DNA from: a virus
Lineage: Duplodnaviria > Caudoviricetes
Virus record (IMG/VR): IMGVR_UViG_3300025018_000196
Coordinates: 1 to 50,472 of that record
DNA length: 50,472 nt
Reading direction: 5' to 3' (one strand)
Shown here piece by piece: positions 36,172-44,338 of this stretch. The translations under genes were made by a program, and so were the position numbers. The stretch's first letter is position 1; each line of letters opens with the position of its first letter. The notes below the pieces were generated by a model. It was not told the DNA's origin and made no database searches. It was given only the letters and a program-made list of their open reading frames with translations.

Positions 36172-39147
36172 ATGGCCGTAGCCAAGAGGGAGAGAGGGGC
36201 GTCGGAGGCCAGTCCGCCGATATCCCCTCCGTTACTGACAGGCAACTCGCGGATCAAGGTACCGAAAAAGACGAGGAAGGTTGACGTTTCCAGCGTTGAC
36301 GACCCTCTCAATCTGTCCAACGTAACAGCCATCTCAAAGGTGTTGGGCAGAGGGTCATTCAATTCGGATGTGGAGTACCAGCTCTATCTGGAATTCCGCA
36401 AGCTGAAGGTGCCTTCATTGCCGAGGGTAATCGAGGAACCGGTGACTCCAAATGCAAAGGTACTCCCCTTTGCACCGCCAGCCTCGACGAGCAAGGACGA
36501 TGCCATCCGTTACCAGCGGTGGCTAGTCAACAATCAAGCAGTCGGATACACCAAGGGTGTGAAGACTGCAGGTACCATCCTGGTTGATTACATTGACCGG
36601 GATGGATCGAGTCGGACTCTTCAGGTGAATCATCGGGTTGATACCCCGGTGAATCACTACGACAAGCACTACCTTGTCTCCCCGCCAGGAAGAATCCCTT
36701 TCTGGATGGAGATACCGGATGTGCCTTACTCCATGGTGACATGGGTGGGGTACACTCACAGCCAGGCACCCGCCGCTTGGATAAAAGCCAAGCACCGTGC
36801 CACGGCGAGGCGTGAGAAGTCAGTTCGAAAAAGAGGGAAGCGGAATTCTCATCCCTCTACCGCTGGAATGTATACCTATCAAATGGGAGACATGAAGACG
36901 GTACTCCGCACGATCACTCCATCGTTGAGGTGGTTCTTAGACCACCCCGATGGTACCGGTATGTTCCGGGACTCGGCATATCCTAACGGGTACGTCGACA
37001 ACCCCGATCTTACCGGGATTTGTGAGTCTACTGAGGGGGACAATCCAATATCCCCTCAGCTTTGTCCCAGCTGTGATAGAACCGCAGTTGTCCGGGGCAT
37101 GCTCGTTCGTGACAAGGATGGGCATGTGACCGAGAATATGAGCACGAAGTACGTGTACTGTGCGTGCTGCGATTGGCGGAAAGAATCAACAATGGAGCAC
37201 GTTGCTCGTCCGATTCAACAAGAGCGTGAGAACGCTCATGTCCGTGATGAACCTCTCAATTCGAAGTTAGTCACGGTGGACGAGGAAGAGGTGGCACGTG
37301 AGCCATCGGAGTTCCACTCCTCCAACCACGCCCGACTGGGGTATTGCACCAAGTGCAAAGAGAATGGGTTTGCATACAACCTTCGTCTGAGCGAAGGGCA
37401 TACCTACTTTGCGTTTGTGTGCGGTCACTGTGGTGCAGAGGACCAGTGGGCGCCAGCTTCCCGCCCTTGGGTTGAGTCATCTCCGGATGAAGAAGAGCCC
37501 GTATCGTTGCAGGTTCAAGAAGGGAATGACTGCCTGGTATGTGGAGGGCCGGTTGAAGAAACAACCTTCAGCCACTCTCATTGTGCATACTGCGGCTTCT
37601 CTGAATCTCTGGCCAAGAACGACAGTGCATGGAGTTCGGAAGACTCAACGATCAACTTGGAAAGACAGGTGATCGATCTCACCAATCCGATACAAGCAGA
37701 GAAAAACCTGGCGGCTTATCGAGAGCTGATCAGATCTCAATTGCTGGACATCATGGAAGTCGAGGCGGAGATGCGCATCAAGCGCATGTGTATTGAGGTA
37801 GGCATCCCACCTGCCAAGGCTGAATGGTACTGCAGACCTGAGAACCAGGCTGCATTCCGTGTGGCCTACGGGTTTCGAAGGATGGGCCTTGATGCTCAAC
37901 ACTCCATCAAGATGCACCGTGAGATCGGATGGGTGAGACGACGGAGAGGTACGGTCAATGCCTCCCGAAGCGGGGCAAGTGACAGGAAGATACAGTTCCT
38001 CCTGAATCGCTCGCTGCGGCTTCAGAAGAAGTACGCGTTCGATCATGATCGAGACGTCGTGGTTACCAAGCGATGGTTCGGAGAGTACGCCGGGACTCCG
38101 GTCCCTGATCCGGGAGATTTCCACCCCATGGATTTGAGGTGGCGATTGGGCACCCGGTTCACCAAGCTACTTGCTCTCACTCCAGCATCGAATCGTGGAA
38201 AGGGTACGGTGATGCGGTACGTATTCCACAATGCAGGGCCAATGGCTGGCACAGTGTTGTCTGTCCACCTGTACAAGATGTTGGCCAAGATAACCTACCT
38301 CCGTAGTAAGTGGTTCTTGCTTACGGAGTACGGTGAAACTTGGGACCAGTACTACAATCGCTGGGAGAAGTACGGTAACTACCGTATGGAATACCCATTA
38401 GATCCACCGCTGCCAGCCTCTATTGCTCGGTTATCCCCCGAGTACTACAACAAGCTGAGTAGATTCCAAAGGTGGGTCATTGACTGCGGCGACCCGAACT
38501 CTCAGAAGACGGTCACTCGCCCTACATTGAGGGCTGTTGCTCGTCAGAAGAGACTGGAATCCGAGAGGATCAGGAAGTTGGGAGCGCGGACCATTCGTCA
38601 GAAGATCTCTGACGGATGGAATGAACTCAAGGATAGTGTAACACGGGAGCAATCCTTCCGTCTGTCCTTTGCTACCATCGACAAGTGGAAGTACCGCTTC
38701 CGCACTGACGAAGAGAGGTTGGACTATTGGCCATCACTGACGTTCATGAACTGGATGGCAGCGGCTGAGGATCCCACCCTTCAAGCTCACCTTCGTCACA
38801 AAGACTGGCTCAAGCGACTGCAACTGCGCTTGAATGACCTGCCTCTTGATGAGGACGGTGCCAGCCCCGGAGAGCAAGGCAGCCCGGGCAATGATGAGGA
38901 GAAGGAAGCGATCATTACCGCTCAGTCCTACTCCGCTCCACCGGAGCCGAAGCCGGTGACCAACGAAGAAGATGCGAAGAAGATTCGTGATCTCACCGAT
39001 TCAATCTTCCAATATGCACATGCCCTGATAAAGCACGGTGTGGGAGAACGTCGGGTACGTGAAGATGCGCGCAACCTTGAGCGTTATCTGAACAATGTTG
39101 TCATCATCGGCGAAGAACGGCCCGAGATAAAAATCGTCATTCCCTGA
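36172..39147 (+). CDS. 991-aa orphan protein with three zinc ribbons
   Basis: GGAGA RBS; CPSC/CACC, CTKC/CGHC and CLVC/CAYC pairs. Confidence 0.8.
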   Translation: MAVAKRERGASEASPPISPPLLTGNSRIKVPKKTRKVDVSSVDDPLNLSNVTAISKVLGRGSFNSDVEYQLYLEFRKLKVPSLPRVIEEPVTPNAKVLPFAPPASTSKDDAIRYQRWLVNNQAVGYTKGVKTAGTILVDYIDRDGSSRTLQVNHRVDTPVNHYDKHYLVSPPGRIPFWMEIPDVPYSMVTWVGYTHSQAPAAWIKAKHRATARREKSVRKRGKRNSHPSTAGMYTYQMGDMKTVLRTITPSLRWFLDHPDGTGMFRDSAYPNGYVDNPDLTGICESTEGDNPISPQLCPSCDRTAVVRGMLVRDKDGHVTENMSTKYVYCACCDWRKESTMEHVARPIQQERENAHVRDEPLNSKLVTVDEEEVAREPSEFHSSNHARLGYCTKCKENGFAYNLRLSEGHTYFAFVCGHCGAEDQWAPASRPWVESSPDEEEPVSLQVQEGNDCLVCGGPVEETTFSHSHCAYCGFSESLAKNDSAWSSEDSTINLERQVIDLTNPIQAEKNLAAYRELIRSQLLDIMEVEAEMRIKRMCIEVGIPPAKAEWYCRPENQAAFRVAYGFRRMGLDAQHSIKMHREIGWVRRRRGTVNASRSGASDRKIQFLLNRSLRLQKKYAFDHDRDVVVTKRWFGEYAGTPVPDPGDFHPMDLRWRLGTRFTKLLALTPASNRGKGTVMRYVFHNAGPMAGTVLSVHLYKMLAKITYLRSKWFLLTEYGETWDQYYNRWEKYGNYRMEYPLDPPLPASIARLSPEYYNKLSRFQRWVIDCGDPNSQKTVTRPTLRAVARQKRLESERIRKLGARTIRQKISDGWNELKDSVTREQSFRLSFATIDKWKYRFRTDEERLDYWPSLTFMNWMAAAEDPTLQAHLRHKDWLKRLQLRLNDLPLDEDGASPGEQGSPGNDEEKEAIITAQSYSAPPEPKPVTNEEDAKKIRDLTDSIFQYAHALIKHGVGERRVREDARNLERYLNNVVIIGEERPEIKIVIP

Positions 39148-39486
39148 CGAAGTGGCGGCAAATTAGCTCGGCCTTTCTGACGAGTACCCGTCCGGATTGA
39201 AACCCCGGGCGGGAGTCAGGTGCAAATCCTGATTCAGAGGTGAACCTCCAAGCTTCATCTGGTCGAGGGAAATCTAGGTTCGAATCCTAGCAGGAGCCTG
39301 GCGCAGCTCATGTCGGCAATTGAGTCCGAGGTACATTCGCAGAATTCGGTTGAATAAAGCAAATCAATGCGCGTCTTGGGATGGGCTACACAAACCGGGC
39401 CCGAGGCTAAGAAGACATGATACTCTGCGGTACACTCGCAACCTCGTAGGAGGTACCACACCACACTAGTTGAAGAGGATTTTGCA
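39148..39486 (+). ncRNA. structured non-coding block E with tandem partial tRNA modules
   Basis: D-arm + GAA anticodon arm + T-arm-like (39164-39232); D-arm + T-arm (39251-39290). Confidence 0.6.
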
Positions 39487-40146
39487 ATGTCAAATTCCCC
39501 CGGTCGTGGCATCCGAATCGCCCGACGTACGATCTACCGGGTCAAGATGAGGCCCGGCCCAGGGGAGAAGTCGGTACCATGGTACCAATACAGGGTGCTC
39601 GGCTTTCTTTGGTGGAGATGGCATACTCCGGTTGCCAATAACCTCAATGCACTGCGGCTAAGAGGTGTTACACTCATCGCAGAACTTGAGGAGTTGAAGC
39701 CAAAGCTCGCCGAAGCCGAGCGCGAAGTCAAGCAAGCAATTGCTGACGTCCAAAACTCCACACTGGGTGTTGTTTCACATCCTTTCGAAGCGGACTGGGC
39801 ACCTCGAGTGCCGGCTATCCCTGATGCCGAGAAGGCCTACAAGGAATCCATAACTTCCCTCGGGAAGCTTCGTGGGCTCCGGTCCAGGGCTAGTCCCCGA
39901 TCCGTTGAGGAAGCAACTGCATCCACCTACCTCCCATCGGACAGGCTTCTTCAAGGATTCTACAATCGTGAGAAACTTGGAGAAAACTACGATCATGTGA
40001 TCGATTTCAAACCTGAGAGGGAGCAGCAACAGCAGCAAGGTAGGAAGAATCGGGGTCGAGGTCAAAACAACAATCAGGGAGGGTCCAACTCGGGTGCAAA
40101 CTCGATCACTATCGCTCTCCCAGGCGAGGATAACAGTAGCAATTAG
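39487..40146 (+). CDS. hypothetical protein with coiled coil and Q/N/G-rich tail
   Basis: 219 aa, GAGGA RBS. Confidence 0.75.
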   Translation: MSNSPGRGIRIARRTIYRVKMRPGPGEKSVPWYQYRVLGFLWWRWHTPVANNLNALRLRGVTLIAELEELKPKLAEAEREVKQAIADVQNSTLGVVSHPFEADWAPRVPAIPDAEKAYKESITSLGKLRGLRSRASPRSVEEATASTYLPSDRLLQGFYNREKLGENYDHVIDFKPEREQQQQQGRKNRGRGQNNNQGGSNSGANSITIALPGEDNSSN

Positions 40147-40272
40147 GATGGATAGTTCCAACATTGGCAGTCACTGGCCATTCCATCCAACCCTGTAGTC
40201 AGGGCTGAGGGTGTGACTCAGAGCTGGTCGCACCCTCCACCGTGACAATGGGTCACATACTGGAGAGAGCTA

Positions 40273-40857
40273 ATGGGTAGAACCCTACTCATCTGGGGTA
40301 CACTTGGCCTCGCCAAGTTGTTCCTTCCGAAGCCGAAGCTGGTGCCTTACACCGAGAATATCGAAATCACCATCCTCTGGCATCTTGTCAACGGTCCCGA
40401 ATTTATTCGGGATCTGGAAAGGATCTTAGGACGTGATTTCGATCTCAACAGTTGGTCATCTCCGCTTCGATTGGTTCGGGAGGTGAAGGATCTTATCACC
40501 AACAAGCCTGTTGGGTATCACGTGTACCCTCAGTCGGTGGATATGATCGTGACACAGGATCAACTTCGGGAACTTCGAAAGTTCTCCGGCCTGATAATCC
40601 TGCATCACCACTACCAAATGAAGGAGCCGGTATACTATGTGAATGGGAGATACTTGAATCCCATTCGCATGGGGATGTGCAAGCACTGCGGCATCGCGGA
40701 TGATGACGAAATGTGGTCAGAGGATGATGACGCGTATTACCACGGCTGTGGAAACTGCGATGCCGCCGAAGGCCAGGGTTTCACAAGCTTTCAAAACTTG
40801 TCTGCCAAGGAACGGCGGACATTCATGGCGAAGCTGCCGAATTACAAGGACGAATGA
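40273..40857 (+). CDS. hypothetical protein with C-terminal CxxC...CxxC zinc site
   Basis: CKHC...CGNC; GGAG RBS. Confidence 0.7.
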   Translation: MGRTLLIWGTLGLAKLFLPKPKLVPYTENIEITILWHLVNGPEFIRDLERILGRDFDLNSWSSPLRLVREVKDLITNKPVGYHVYPQSVDMIVTQDQLRELRKFSGLIILHHHYQMKEPVYYVNGRYLNPIRMGMCKHCGIADDDEMWSEDDDAYYHGCGNCDAAEGQGFTSFQNLSAKERRTFMAKLPNYKDE

Positions 40858-40878
40858 GGCAGTTCAACGGAGAGAACT

Positions 40879-41349
40879 ATGAAGTTCTTGGTGGAGATAT
40901 GGAACGGATACAGGTCCGTGGCAATGGGGGCACTCCTCGCCCTCTTCCTCTGCGTGGGCTGGGCAGTGACGTATGCTGCCTCGGCTCCGCCGGAGAGCCC
41001 GCCGGTCGGTGATTCCGATCCGGTGTTACTCGAAGAAGTGCCGGCTCCGGAGGAACTCGGGTTCGTGGAGAAGCGAATCCGATCCTTCTGCGTGGCGCAA
41101 GGTGCTCAGTACGAGGCTGAACTCCTCGAGCGGAGTGCCGATCTCGATGATCGGGAAGCCGATCTGGCCGATCTGGAGGAAGAGCTTCGCACTCGTGAAG
41201 CTCGAATCCAGGAGGGCAGGCTCATCATCATGAAGATGAAGCAGGCCTTCGAGGGGGAAGTGCAGAACTACGAACGGGTCGTGAACACGGTGCGTGGTCA
41301 CCTGCATACCCTGGATACCATCTCCGTCGGTGACGGGGAGGGTGGCTGA
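40879..41349 (+). CDS. membrane-anchored coiled-coil protein
   Basis: N-terminal hydrophobic helix, acidic heptad region. Confidence 0.75.
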   Translation: MKFLVEIWNGYRSVAMGALLALFLCVGWAVTYAASAPPESPPVGDSDPVLLEEVPAPEELGFVEKRIRSFCVAQGAQYEAELLERSADLDDREADLADLEEELRTREARIQEGRLIIMKMKQAFEGEVQNYERVVNTVRGHLHTLDTISVGDGEGG

Positions 41350-41624
41350 TGCTGCGCGACCTGCAACGGGTCGCCAATGACGGACGGAGGACGCTCGTTC
41401 TGAGCGTTCTCCTCCTCAGCGTGGCGGCATTCGACCGTGACTTCATCATCACGGTCCTCACCCTGGTGCTCTTCGCTTCCGTAACGATCTATGGTTACGT
41501 GTGGTACAACGAGTCACTGGGCCCATTCATCAACAAGGAGAACGACGATGCCACGAGGGAAGCGACGGGGGCCGATCTCGGACATCAGCATACCGGGGAC
41601 GGTGGTTCAGAACAGAGCGGGTAA
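41349..41624 (+). CDS. small membrane protein
   Basis: two hydrophobic segments, TGATG coupling. Confidence 0.65.
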   Translation: MLRDLQRVANDGRRTLVLSVLLLSVAAFDRDFIITVLTLVLFASVTIYGYVWYNESLGPFINKENDDATREATGADLGHQHTGDGGSEQSG

Positions 41625-41877
41625 CGCGGGGCAACAGACCATTGTTGCTCCGCCCCGCAAACTGAAGGCTGTTTGGAGAACACTCATCATGCTCTCCATC
41701 ATCCTCCCCACGGCTCTGTCCGGCTCCATGCTACTGGGTATGTATGACCCAGCGGCTTTCAATTCGGCAATTCCCGATCGGTTGCCGGATAACTTGGATT
41801 CGGTTGTGTGTACGACCATCTTCGTACTCGCGTTCTTCGGCTTGGTCTTCGTGTCTCAGCTGGAAACGAGCGACTGA
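41548..41877 (+). CDS. small two-helix membrane protein
   Basis: AAGGAG RBS before ATG 41548; two hydrophobic segments. Confidence 0.65.
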   Translation: MPRGKRRGPISDISIPGTVVQNRAGNAGQQTIVAPPRKLKAVWRTLIMLSIILPTALSGSMLLGMYDPAAFNSAIPDRLPDNLDSVVCTTIFVLAFFGLVFVSQLETSD

Positions 41878-41955
41878 ATGGGAGCCGCCCTTCGGGGCGG
41901 CCTCCCCTGTCGTGAGGCACTGATCTCCGGTGCCTGACCACAGAGGAGAACCCTC

Positions 41956-42165
41956 ATGTTTCTTTTCGTCATATTCGTACTCTTCAACGATGGCTCCTCT
42001 ACTTCCATCGAGAGGATGTACGATACGAGATTGGAGTGTGTCACCGCTCAGGTAAAACTGAGCGATCAGATCCGTAAGGGTGAGATCGACACATCCCATT
42101 GGGCTCCGGGTAGCTACTCGGAGTGCCACTTCAACCCCACAGTGAAGGAGACATTCGAACTGTGA
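41956..42165 (+). CDS. small protein with hydrophobic leader and two Cys
   Basis: GAGGAG RBS; MFLFVIFVLF leader. Confidence 0.65.
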   Translation: MFLFVIFVLFNDGSSTSIERMYDTRLECVTAQVKLSDQIRKGEIDTSHWAPGSYSECHFNPTVKETFEL

Positions 42166-42938
42166 TTGAAGTTGAGCTTGCTATCATCACTGCGGAGTTG
42201 ATCATTCCCGCATTGGTGGTGTTAGCAATACAGGCTCTCAGCGTGGAGATAGGAGAGCGAAGCCTGGCCTCTCCATCCTACTTCTCCTCGCCAGTCCACG
42301 CGTCAAGTGGCAGTGGGTACCTGAGTCGGGTACCGCCAGCGTGGTCGGAGCGTGACCCGGGCATTTGATCCAGGCTCCATGGGTGCGTTGGAGTGCCGTG
42401 TACTGCCAGCCACGGACAGTCTCGACCGAACATGGGGCCGGTAAATCCAGGGTAAGACCCGGGCAATTCAAGCTGGGCTGGCCAGCGCTTGGGCTCAACT
42501 CTACGGCTACCACGTGAAACTACGTAATGCTGACGGGCTGAACCAGTGAGGTAGCGTGCCACCTGTCGTTTGGGATGGTACGTGGGAGGTTTGATTCCTC
42601 TGTACAGTAAGCCGTCTACGGACGATATCTCCTGTCTAGGGGATGGGTAAGGTATCGCAGTCTATTACGTAGGTTAAGCGTTCATCCGTACCAAGGCTAA
42701 TACATGCGTGCTACTGCGTTCGAATCGCAGATCCCCCCGTGGGGGAGCGTTGTCATCCCGACCTGATAAGCGGGCACTGGCGGGTGTAGGTGCTGAGGTA
42801 GAAGAAGGTAGGTGCATCCCTTAAGACCCGGGTGGAACCCGTTAACATCTTACAACGGTGGTGCGGATTGACGACCCGCGTAAGGAAGGAAACTCCAGTC
42901 AGTCATCGACGCCAAACCTTTGGATTAGGTGAGAGCCT
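42166..42938 (+). ncRNA. ~770-nt highly structured non-coding block D
   Basis: long-range stem 42170-77/42493-500, many hairpins, two T-arm-like modules (42585-601, 42714-30). Confidence 0.6.
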
Positions 42939-43169
42939 ATGAAAGTCGATGCAAGAAAGGTGATTGGTGATGCTGTACTCCAGTTAATCACGATCATCCT
43001 ACTGATCTTCGTCCTTTGTACGCATGCAACTCTCTATGTTGCAGCAGAAAGTATGGACACCAAGCTGGATATGCTGGCCAACGACCTCGTCCAACCCCCA
43101 GGTAAGTCATACCTCGCCCTTTGGGCTGAGAAGTGTGGCACCTATGCTTGGCAGCCATGTAAGGAGTAG
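42939..43169 (+). CDS. small membrane-anchored protein
   Basis: AGGTGA RBS, one hydrophobic helix. Confidence 0.6.
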   Translation: MKVDARKVIGDAVLQLITIILLIFVLCTHATLYVAAESMDTKLDMLANDLVQPPGKSYLALWAEKCGTYAWQPCKE

Positions 43170-43216
43170 CCTACAGAGGACGTTAAACCAACAATCAACA
43201 GAAGGAGAGGCCAGGT

Positions 43217-43366
43217 ATGAAGAACCGAGCCGTACACCTGGCACTGAATCAACAGCAGTGCATGTTCAACGCCATGATGGCTGAGCTGCGAACAGCAGCG
43301 AATACATTGGAAGGCGAAGAGCTTCTTAATTCCATGCGGGAGATCGAGCAACGTCACTGCAATTGA
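43217..43366 (+). CDS. 49-aa protein not in ORF track (MKNRAVHLALNQQQ...)
   Basis: AAGGAGAGG RBS. Confidence 0.5.
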   Translation: MKNRAVHLALNQQQCMFNAMMAELRTAANTLEGEELLNSMREIEQRHCN

Positions 43367-43427
43367 CAAGGAGTTCAGCATGAAGGTGCTGGATGATGAG
43401 TTGGTGGAGCCCCCGTAATAGGGGCTC

Positions 43428-43493
43428 TGGGGTATAGTGTAATAGCACACTCAGCCTTGAACTGAGAGGTGTGGTTCGAATCCACTGCCCCAA
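43428..43493 (+). tRNA. degenerate tRNA-Gln(TTG)-like gene
   Basis: TGGGGTA/TGCCCCA acceptor with U1-A72, CTCAG-CCTTGAA-CTGAG arm, GGTTCGAATCC; lacks D-loop GG, U33 and CCA. Confidence 0.55.
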
Positions 43494-43577
43494 TGGTGAG
43501 CATGCACCATCTTCGCATGCATTCAAGAACGTACGTAAACTCCACGCACGTACTTCTGAAGGCCCTGTGATGAGGAC

Positions 43578-43781
43578 ATGAAAATGTTTTTCCTCACAGC
43601 CATCGGCGTCCCACCAGACATGTCAATGTGGCTGATGGGCCCGATGTTCGTCCAAGTCCGGGTGATGGTGTCAGCTGTTAATGCCCGATACCTGCAACGT
43701 GTGCAGCGGGAAAGGCTGTTATCCATGAGTCCCGGGGATCAGTACCGCTATCATCTGATGGCGGGTGGTTACCGTCCTTAA
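43578..43781 (+). CDS. hypothetical protein
   Basis: 67 aa, GAGGA upstream. Confidence 0.5.
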   Translation: MKMFFLTAIGVPPDMSMWLMGPMFVQVRVMVSAVNARYLQRVQRERLLSMSPGDQYRYHLMAGGYRP

Positions 43782-43793
43782 CTGGAGACCGCC

Positions 43794-44042
43794 ATGATCG
43801 GCGAACTTTGGAAGAAGGCGACCGAACACAGCGTTACCTGGTTCGCATCCGGGGTACAGACGTGGGTCACAGGGGCATTCCCCCTTGCCATCATGTATCC
43901 CAACTGGGCAATCGATCTCAGCGCCAAGGTTTTGGTTCCGGCCAAGATCTGGGTGATCGAGACTGGTTGGCCCGCTGCCTCCAATTACTTCGAGGCAGCG
44001 ATGGATGTGGTCGGGATGCTGAAGTTCGGCGCCACGGCGTAA
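43794..44042 (+). CDS. hypothetical hydrophobic protein
   Basis: GGAG RBS, 82 aa. Confidence 0.6.
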   Translation: MIGELWKKATEHSVTWFASGVQTWVTGAFPLAIMYPNWAIDLSAKVLVPAKIWVIETGWPAASNYFEAAMDVVGMLKFGATA

Positions 44043-44081
44043 TCAACGCCTGACCCTTTGAAGATTGGGTAGGAGGAAAGG

Positions 44082-44246
44082 ATGCATAATCCCAGGATTC
44101 TGGAAACCCTTAAGATGTTCGAAGCAATGACGAACAAGCACTCGGAAGATCTCTTCCGCAGTTCGATTGTTTGGGATTGCTTCCGTGATCCGGATGAGTA
44201 CATCGTCCAGGTTGCGGGTCGTCTAGTACTGGAGTTCAAGCACTGA
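44082..44246 (+). CDS. 54-aa protein not in ORF track (MHNPRILETLKMF...)
   Basis: AGGAGG RBS. Confidence 0.55.
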   Translation: MHNPRILETLKMFEAMTNKHSEDLFRSSIVWDCFRDPDEYIVQVAGRLVLEFKH

Positions 44247-44338
44247 TCCAATGTAAAGATCTTGCATTGGCTTGAACTACTGGAGACCTCCTTAGTCTAA
44301 TGAAAGTTATCATCTCATTGGACATAGGAGGTCACTAG

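Noticed and set aside
39170-39222. Hammerhead ribozyme (CTGACGA...GAAA...GTC present in order)
   Set aside because: Stems I and II pair poorly and a competing 9-bp hairpin buries the GAAA; a self-cleavage assay would settle it
42625-42746. Bona fide tmRNA gene
   Set aside because: The GGGGATG start and T-arm are suggestive, but there is no CCA, no T-arm adjacent to the G-U-containing strand and no identifiable tag reading frame
33552-43570. CRISPR array, or group I/II intron, in the non-coding blocks
   Set aside because: No regularly spaced identical repeats, the blocks lie between rather than within genes, and I could not find intron core motifs
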